A stretch of 64,000 bases of DNA from an uncultured Aliarcobacter sp. (lineage in GTDB: Bacteria; Campylobacterota; Campylobacteria; Campylobacterales; Arcobacteraceae): the NCBI GenBank assembly GCA_963677435.1, contig OY781945.1:1472001-1536000 (forward strand). Direction: 5' to 3'. Positions 57,840 through 64,000 of this stretch are shown here, one piece after another. The position numbers were made by a program, and so were the translations under genes. The stretch's first letter is position 1, and each line of letters begins with the position of its first letter. Under the pieces are notes generated by a model. It ran no database searches. It was not told the origin of the DNA and worked only from the letters and a program-made list of their open reading frames with translations.

Positions 57840-59588
57840 TTATAACAAAAACTCTTTTTGAATCTTATCAAAGTTATAAATATCTTCCCTAAATTGTAAA
57901 ACACCATTTTCATCAACCCATGAAGTTAGATAAACTATGTGAATAGGAATCTTTTTATTTAATCCTATAGATTTTTCGCTTGTTTCATTTGCTAAAATTT
58001 CATTTGCTTTATTTATATCTAAATTCGGATCTTCATTTGCTATAGTTGTTAGTAAATCTTGTGGTTTAGAAAGTCTAATACATCCATGAGAGAAAGCTCT
58101 TCTAGCATTTGCAAATAGATATTTTGCAGGTGTATCATGGATATAAACCGCGTGTTTATTTGGAAACATAAATTTCATTTTTCCAAGTGGATTATCTTTG
58201 TTTGAATTTTGAGAAAATCTAAAACTTTTTAAATACTCTTCATTTTGAAGTATTGCACCATCTAAAACATCTTTTGAATCTACTTTTTCAGTATTTGCAT
58301 TCCAGCCAGCATAAATATCAATTCCTTTATCTGCTAGATAATTAGGGTTTTTTAAAAGCTTAGGAATAAGCTCACTTTTTGCAATACTATCAGGAATATT
58401 CCAGTTTGGATTTAAAACAACATAAGACATTTTATCTGAGAAAATAGGTGTTGGAAATTTTGAATCACCTACAATAACTGCCATATTCAACTTCACTTCA
58501 TCATTTTCGTACAGTTTTAGTCGATAATCAGGAATATTAACAAGAAGATATTTTTCTCCTAAATTTCTAGGAAGCCATCTCATTCTTTCTAGATTTAATC
58601 TTATTATTGCTATTTTTTTATCTGCTGAAACATTTAAAAATCTTTGAGTTTGAGCTCCAACTATTCCATCAGCATATAATCCATGTTTTTTCTGAAAAGA
58701 GATAACTGCATTTTTTAAATCTTCATCAAAAACATTTTCACAATTTGCACTTAATTTTACATTTTCAGAGTTTTCTTCTTCTGTAGTTGTATTATTGATT
58801 AAGCTTTGTTCATTTTGTGTATTTTCACATTGAGTATTTAAATCATTACTTTGTGTTAATCTTTTTCTTAAAATTGACAAAACTTCTGAAACATCACCAA
58901 TTCTTAAAGGCTTAGTTTCTGGAACTTTTATATATCCACCATTTGCAGAAATTTTTTCAAGTTCATCAATAGCAGAAACCAACTCTTTTACTTGAGGGTA
59001 GTTAAAATCAAGTCCATCTAAAACATCTACTAAATCATTTTTTTCAACTACTTGTTTAAGCAGTTGTTTTGGATTTTCTTTTAAATTATATTTATCCCAA
59101 GCAGCTTTTATTTCTGTTTGTTTTTCTCGTTCAGCTAATTTTTGTTCAAATTCGTTCCATTTAATTGAACCTTTTGATATATATGTAACATATCTATCAA
59201 ATAATTCAGTTAACATAAAATCAACTTTTACTATATTTTCAAGATATTTAGGATCAGATTTATCTAATGAATTTAGACTATTTTCAACTTCATCTAATCT
59301 GAATATTTTATTTATATGTGGTTTTAATACAGGGTCATTTTTGATTCTATCTAAAAGAGAAAGTCCAATACTTTTTATACCATTTTCATCTATCCAATAA
59401 GCAGAATAATCATTTTTAACATAATAGTCATTAAGATTTTTTTTACTTATTAGTAAATCATCATAATTTTTGTTTAAAAGTGATTTTATATCTTTTTTTA
59501 CTTCTAGTTCAAAAGGCAGGTTTGAATTATTAGCAGATAAAGAGTAGTTAAGTATTATTAAAAAAATAATAGATCTTAAATTTAGCAT
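57840..59588 (-). CDS. L,D-transpeptidase (YcbB/LdtD-like) with peptidoglycan-binding domain
   Basis: 'FQKKHGLYADGIVG', 'NLERMRWLP', 'NPLGKMKFMFPN', 'YIHDTP', 'FSHGCIRL'. Confidence 0.93.
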   Translation of the reverse strand: MLNLRSIIFLIILNYSLSANNSNLPFELEVKKDIKSLLNKNYDDLLISKKNLNDYYVKNDYSAYWIDENGIKSIGLSLLDRIKNDPVLKPHINKIFRLDEVENSLNSLDKSDPKYLENIVKVDFMLTELFDRYVTYISKGSIKWNEFEQKLAEREKQTEIKAAWDKYNLKENPKQLLKQVVEKNDLVDVLDGLDFNYPQVKELVSAIDELEKISANGGYIKVPETKPLRIGDVSEVLSILRKRLTQSNDLNTQCENTQNEQSLINNTTTEEENSENVKLSANCENVFDEDLKNAVISFQKKHGLYADGIVGAQTQRFLNVSADKKIAIIRLNLERMRWLPRNLGEKYLLVNIPDYRLKLYENDEVKLNMAVIVGDSKFPTPIFSDKMSYVVLNPNWNIPDSIAKSELIPKLLKNPNYLADKGIDIYAGWNANTEKVDSKDVLDGAILQNEEYLKSFRFSQNSNKDNPLGKMKFMFPNKHAVYIHDTPAKYLFANARRAFSHGCIRLSKPQDLLTTIANEDPNLDINKANEILANETSEKSIGLNKKIPIHIVYLTSWVDENGVLQFREDIYNFDKIQKEFLL

Positions 59589-59707
59589 ATAGACAATCTC
59601 CGTAATAGTAATCTTATTAAAGATTTTAAAATACCCAAATTCTCATTAAAAACTTGAACAAATAATATTCTTTGAAATAAAATTTTTAAAACCGTAGAGT
59701 TAATACA

Positions 59708-60367
59708 CTAAATAGATTTTTTATAGGGAAGTTTATATCTAACATCATTTTCATCATAAGCACATTTCACTTGATACTCTACCATTTTTTCAAAAGGATT
59801 TAAAAAGTTCTCTAAAGATTTTGATGAAATATTTTCTACATTTTGTAAGTTTAATAGTTCAAGTATACATAAAGTTGATTCTATTGTAGAAAGACAATAT
59901 TGATTTGGTTGAGTTTTTATTTTAAATTGTGATGATTTATCATGTTCAAAACTAACTTTATTTAAACCATGTAAATTTTTACTAAGTCTTAACATTTTTT
60001 TTGAACAAGGCCAAGTTGAATCTATTATAAAAATAAGTGCTTTTTTTTCACTTGGAAGTTTTTGAGTATTTAGTTTGATACTATCATTTCCTGGATATAA
60101 AATATAAGCTTCATATGTTTTGTCATTTAAAAGTTCATTTACTCTTGCGTGGTTTGTAAAATCAACTCCCACATATAACTCGGAATTTTTTAGGGAATTA
60201 TTAGTCATATGACCTGTTCCATTTTTCGTTTTTCTATACTCTTTTGGGTGCATCAAAATAACAAACTTTGTATTAGTTTGTATTGGATTTATTATGTATT
60301 CGCAAACACATGAACTTTTTGGTCTATAACATTTATAACATACTTCTCGATTTTCAAACTCTTGCAA
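59708..60367 (-). CDS. DTW-domain tRNA-uridine aminocarboxypropyltransferase (TapT-like)
   Basis: 'CYKCYRPKSSCVC', 'HPKE', 'IDSTW', 'LSTIES'. Confidence 0.88.
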   Translation of the reverse strand: MQEFENREVCYKCYRPKSSCVCEYIINPIQTNTKFVILMHPKEYRKTKNGTGHMTNNSLKNSELYVGVDFTNHARVNELLNDKTYEAYILYPGNDSIKLNTQKLPSEKKALIFIIDSTWPCSKKMLRLSKNLHGLNKVSFEHDKSSQFKIKTQPNQYCLSTIESTLCILELLNLQNVENISSKSLENFLNPFEKMVEYQVKCAYDENDVRYKLPYKKSI

Positions 60368-60475
60368 TATCTTCTACTTTTTAATTTTTTTGCAATTATA
60401 GTCAAATCATTATTACATTTATGAATAATTTTGATTATATGATTATAATTGCATAAAATTTATATAAGAGAAATT

Positions 60476-61072
60476 ATGATTATTTTAGAAGCAATAGGGG
60501 CAATTTTTTCAATATTAGGTGCATATTTGATGTCATTGAGTGGTAATGGAAATACAAAGCCACTATATTTAGGATTTATCTGTTTTTTTGTCTCAAACCT
60601 TGCACTTTTGACATTTTTTACATTAACTGGGAAAATTCCTGTAATTATTCAAATGATTCTATTTTTTGTAACAGCAATAATAGGAATTTATAAATTAACT
60701 CAAAATAGAAAAAGAGATGTTCAAATTATAAGTTTTGTATTGTCAATTTATATTTTAATCTTTATTTTTACAGTTCTGCCAAATATGGCTCAAACTGATT
60801 TTAAGATATTGCTAGTTGATTTTATAGCTTCACTAATTGCTATTATTGGAAGTTTTTTACTTTCAAGTCATAATCATGTAGTAAGGTCATACGCGTTTAT
60901 CTGTTTTTTTGTGGCAGATGTGATATTTGTATATATTGGTTATACAAATGCCTTTTACTTTTTTATGGTGCAATCAGCTTTTTATTTATATACAAGTTTA
61001 AAAGGTTACTCAAATACAATGAAAAATGAAATTGAATTATTTAAAAAAAGGATTAAAGATGGAAAAAAATAG
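60476..61072 (+). CDS. Hypothetical membrane protein made of two similar 3-TM repeats
   Basis: 'IGAIFSILGAYLMS...GFICFFVSN' repeated as 'IASLIAIIGSFLLS...AFICFFVAD'. Confidence 0.7.
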   Translation: MIILEAIGAIFSILGAYLMSLSGNGNTKPLYLGFICFFVSNLALLTFFTLTGKIPVIIQMILFFVTAIIGIYKLTQNRKRDVQIISFVLSIYILIFIFTVLPNMAQTDFKILLVDFIASLIAIIGSFLLSSHNHVVRSYAFICFFVADVIFVYIGYTNAFYFFMVQSAFYLYTSLKGYSNTMKNEIELFKKRIKDGKK

Positions 61073-62156
61073 TAATAAAGAAGTCTTTTCAAGTTTAGGA
61101 AATACAAATTTTGCAAATGCTTTTTATTTTTTTGCTTTTATGTTTTTATTTGTTTTTTCTTTAAATAGCTTAAGCAATATTTTAACACCAATTGCAATAG
61201 CTGTTTTAATATGGTTTTTAATAAATGCCTTTGCAAATCAGATAAAAAGATTACCTTTTTTAAATGCAAAAGTAGGGGATTACATAGCTATTCCTTTATC
61301 TTTGATTTTTATTGTTTATTCAATGGTTGAAATAGGAAGTTTTATAACTTCAAGTATGATGGAGTTAAGTTCTACAATATCGCAACTTGATAGTAAAGTA
61401 TATGAATTAATAGATAAATTATCTTTACTTACTTCTTTTGATTTAGCAACACCTTTACAAAAGTTTTTTGAAGAGTTTAGCCTTTCAAGTGTTATAAATA
61501 AAGTTATAAGCGCCTTTAGTGCAATATTTGGAAATATTGTGCAGATTTTTTTATATGTACTTTTTTTATTAATTGATCAACAGTTCTTTTCAGCAAAATT
61601 AAATGCACTTTTTCCAAAGAAAGAGAATAAAAACAGAGTTGAACATATTTTAACTTCAATCTCAAAAGGAATTAGAACATATATCTCAATTACTACAATA
61701 ATTAGTTTATCAACAGGTTTCTTAACTTATTTTTTATGTGAGATGTTTTCTCTACAAGGTGCAGTTTTATGGGGATTTATTGCTTTTGTTTTAAATTTTA
61801 TTCCAACAATTGGAAGTATAATTGCAGTTTTAATTCCAACAGTTTTTGCTCTTATTCAATTTAATGAGATTTCAGATGTTTTAATTTTATTTGTGGCTTT
61901 AGTTCTTATTCAATTTGTGATTGGAAATATAATTTATCCAAAACTTATGGGAAATAAATTAAATATTTCTCAATTTATAGTTATCTTATCTTTAGTTGTT
62001 TGGGGTGCGATGTGGGGAACAATTGGAATGTTTTTATCAATTCCTTTGATGATGATTTTATTGATTGTTTTATCTCAGTTTGAAAGTACGAAAAAATTAG
62101 CGATTTTAATCTCAGCAGATGGGAATATTTTAGCAGCATCTAACTCTTCCAAATAG
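61059..62156 (+). CDS. AI-2E family transporter
   Basis: 'LNFIPTIGS', 'GNIIYPKLMG', 'WGAMWGTIGMFLSIP'. Confidence 0.9.
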   Translation: MEKNSNKEVFSSLGNTNFANAFYFFAFMFLFVFSLNSLSNILTPIAIAVLIWFLINAFANQIKRLPFLNAKVGDYIAIPLSLIFIVYSMVEIGSFITSSMMELSSTISQLDSKVYELIDKLSLLTSFDLATPLQKFFEEFSLSSVINKVISAFSAIFGNIVQIFLYVLFLLIDQQFFSAKLNALFPKKENKNRVEHILTSISKGIRTYISITTIISLSTGFLTYFLCEMFSLQGAVLWGFIAFVLNFIPTIGSIIAVLIPTVFALIQFNEISDVLILFVALVLIQFVIGNIIYPKLMGNKLNISQFIVILSLVVWGAMWGTIGMFLSIPLMMILLIVLSQFESTKKLAILISADGNILAASNSSK

Positions 62157-62184
62157 TTATATTTGAAAGAGTTTAGACTTTTAA

Positions 62185-63126
62185 TTAAAAGTTACTATCT
62201 ATAATATTAACTAACTCTTTAATAGATGCAATAGATTTTGCAAATTGAGCTTTTTGTTCTTCATTTAATTCAAGTTCAACAATTTTCTCAAAACCATCTT
62301 TTCCTAAAGTAACTGGAACACCAGCGACGATATTTTCATATCCATATTCACCTTGTAACATAACAGCACAAGGATAAGTCTCTTTTGAATCAGTTAAAAT
62401 AGCTTCAACCATTAAAGCAGTAGAGTGTCCAGGTGCATAATATGCAGACCCAGTTTCAAGTAATTTTACGATTTGTGCTCCACCATTTCTAGTTTTCACA
62501 ATAATTTCTTCAATCTCATCAGCTGTTAAAAACTCAGTTAAATCTTTTCCATCAACGCTAGAATAATTAGCTAATGGAACCATCTCATCACCATGTCCAC
62601 CCATAACAGCTGCTTTTATATCTTTTGGAGTAAATGTTAATTTTTCTTTTATGAAGTGAGCCATTCTTGAACTATCAAGAACTCCTGCCATTCCAATAAT
62701 TTTACTTCTATCTAAAGATGTAGCTTTTAAAGCAGTATAAACCATAGCATCTAATGGATTAGAAACGATGATATAAATTGCATCTTTGTTAAAAGGTGCA
62801 ATTTCATTTATAACTGATGTCATAATTTTTGCATTTGTAAGTAATAAATCATCTCTACTCATTCCTGGTTTTCTAGGAATTCCAGCTGTGATTACGATTA
62901 CATCACAATTACTAAATTCTTCTGCATTAGATGCAAAACTAACTTTTGTTGATGATTTTGCAGCTCTTGCAGCTTGTGAAATATCTAAAGCCATAGCTTC
63001 AACAACATTCATTCTTAAATCTTTTAATATAATTTCTGAACAAATATTTTTATTTGCTAAACTAAAAGCTAAAGTAGCTCCAACATTTCCTGCACCAATT
63101 ATTCCAACTTTTTTATTATTTTCCAA
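62185..63126 (-). CDS. mdh: Malate dehydrogenase (LDH-like)
   Basis: 'IIGAGNVG', 'TAGIPRKPGMSRDDLL', 'VSNPLDAM', 'GGHGD'. Confidence 0.93.
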   Translation of the reverse strand: MENNKKVGIIGAGNVGATLAFSLANKNICSEIILKDLRMNVVEAMALDISQAARAAKSSTKVSFASNAEEFSNCDVIVITAGIPRKPGMSRDDLLLTNAKIMTSVINEIAPFNKDAIYIIVSNPLDAMVYTALKATSLDRSKIIGMAGVLDSSRMAHFIKEKLTFTPKDIKAAVMGGHGDEMVPLANYSSVDGKDLTEFLTADEIEEIIVKTRNGGAQIVKLLETGSAYYAPGHSTALMVEAILTDSKETYPCAVMLQGEYGYENIVAGVPVTLGKDGFEKIVELELNEEQKAQFAKSIASIKELVNIIDSNF

Positions 63127-63130
63127 AAAA

Positions 63131-64000
63131 TTATCCTTTTATTAAATTGTTATCTTTATTATTAGTTAAATACTCATGTGCTAAATATGAACTTCTAGCA
63201 TAAGGAGTACTGTGTACAAACTCAAATCCTAAATCTAAAGCTAGAGCTTTGTATCTTTCAAACTGTTCAGGTTTAACAAATTCGATTACTTTTTCATAAT
63301 CACCAGAAGGTGCAAGATATTGCCCAATACTTAAAAATTTACAACCAACAGCAACTAAATCTTTAAATACTTGAACCATTTCTTCTTCAGTTTCACCAAG
63401 TCCAACCATTAAAGCACTTTTTGTTTTAACAGCATCTCCACCTAATTCTTTGATTTTTTTAAGAACCTCTAAAGATCTTTCATATGTTGCATTTCTTCTT
63501 ACTCTATATAATCTAGGAACCGTCTCGACATTGTGTCCAATGATAACAGCTCCTGAATCTACAACTTTTTGAATAGATTCAATTTTTCCTTTGAAATCTG
63601 GAATTAATAACTCAACTTGTGCATCTGTAGTATTTTCTAAAATATTTTTTGTAACTTTATAGAACTGTAAAGCTCCACCATCGTCCAAATCATCCCTTGC
63701 AGGACTTGTAATTACTACAAATTTAAGACCAAGTTTTTGTACAGCGATTGTAACTTGCTCTATTTCATCTTCATTTACACCATCTGGTTTCCCAGTTTTT
63801 ACATTACAATATGTACATCTTCTTGTACAAGTGTCACCTAATATTAAAAATGTTGCATTTTTTTTAGAAAAACATTCACTAATATTTGGACATTTTGCCT
63901 CTTGACAAATAGTGTGTAATCCACCATCTTTAAGAAGTTGTTCCATATCTTTTTGGGCAGTATTAGATAGCTTCTTTCTTAACCAAACAGGTTTATTAAA
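63131..64000 (-). CDS. lipA: Lipoyl synthase, 5' end outside the window
   Basis: Frame stays open to the window edge ('FNKPVWLRKKL...'); 'CQEAKCPNISEC', radical SAM 'CTRRCTYC', 'RSSY'. Confidence 0.96.
   Translation of the reverse strand, partial: FNKPVWLRKKLSNTAQKDMEQLLKDGGLHTICQEAKCPNISECFSKKNATFLILGDTCTRRCTYCNVKTGKPDGVNEDEIEQVTIAVQKLGLKFVVITSPARDDLDDGGALQFYKVTKNILENTTDAQVELLIPDFKGKIESIQKVVDSGAVIIGHNVETVPRLYRVRRNATYERSLEVLKKIKELGGDAVKTKSALMVGLGETEEEMVQVFKDLVAVGCKFLSIGQYLAPSGDYEKVIEFVKPEQFERYKALALDLGFEFVHSTPYARSSYLAHEYLTNNKDNNLIKG

Noticed and set aside
1194..63145. Short antisense or alternate-frame ORFs in the track (e.g. 1194, 2368, 5408, 10602-11521, 22832-23784, 31548, 38551, 42839, 44082, 45879, 50293, 62786)
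   Set aside because: They lie within well-supported genes, lack RBS and motifs, and have shadow-ORF composition.

Overview
AT-rich bacterial chromosome segment. Protein content and style (guaA, nadB, nhaD, M99/Csd4-like carboxypeptidase, LDH-like mdh, lipA) point to Campylobacterota, most likely Arcobacteraceae; this is an inference from protein similarity, not a database result. About 65 CDS are supported; no rRNA, tRNA, CRISPR array, integrase or transposase was seen. Layout: (1) a cAMP/cyclic-dinucleotide signalling pair at 1-4.0 kb; (2) housekeeping genes up to guaA; (3) a roughly 16 kb accessory stretch after guaA with a long palindromic element, a REP-like hairpin, mazEF, selO, RNA-processing genes and a small cassette-like array of orphan genes bounded by AAAGGGGACAGKCACCT-type direct repeats; (4) a TetR/EmrAB-TolC efflux locus; (5) a 39-46.5 kb nitrogen-related block (hemerythrin, ADP-ribosylglycohydrolase, type II glutamine synthetase, MoxR-like AAA+ ATPase, a vWA partner with a degenerate HExxH motif, nitrogenase-associated ArsC-like protein) carrying three sigma54-type -24/-12 motifs, two of them nearly identical, which is the strongest candidate for an undescribed system; (6) an FRG/ORF6N islet with an intragenic 14-bp palindrome abutting a nonsense codon; (7) a CNNM gene preceded by a coupled 21-aa leader ORF. 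Four small ORFs missing from the supplied track were found (7133, 27590, 54613, 56667).
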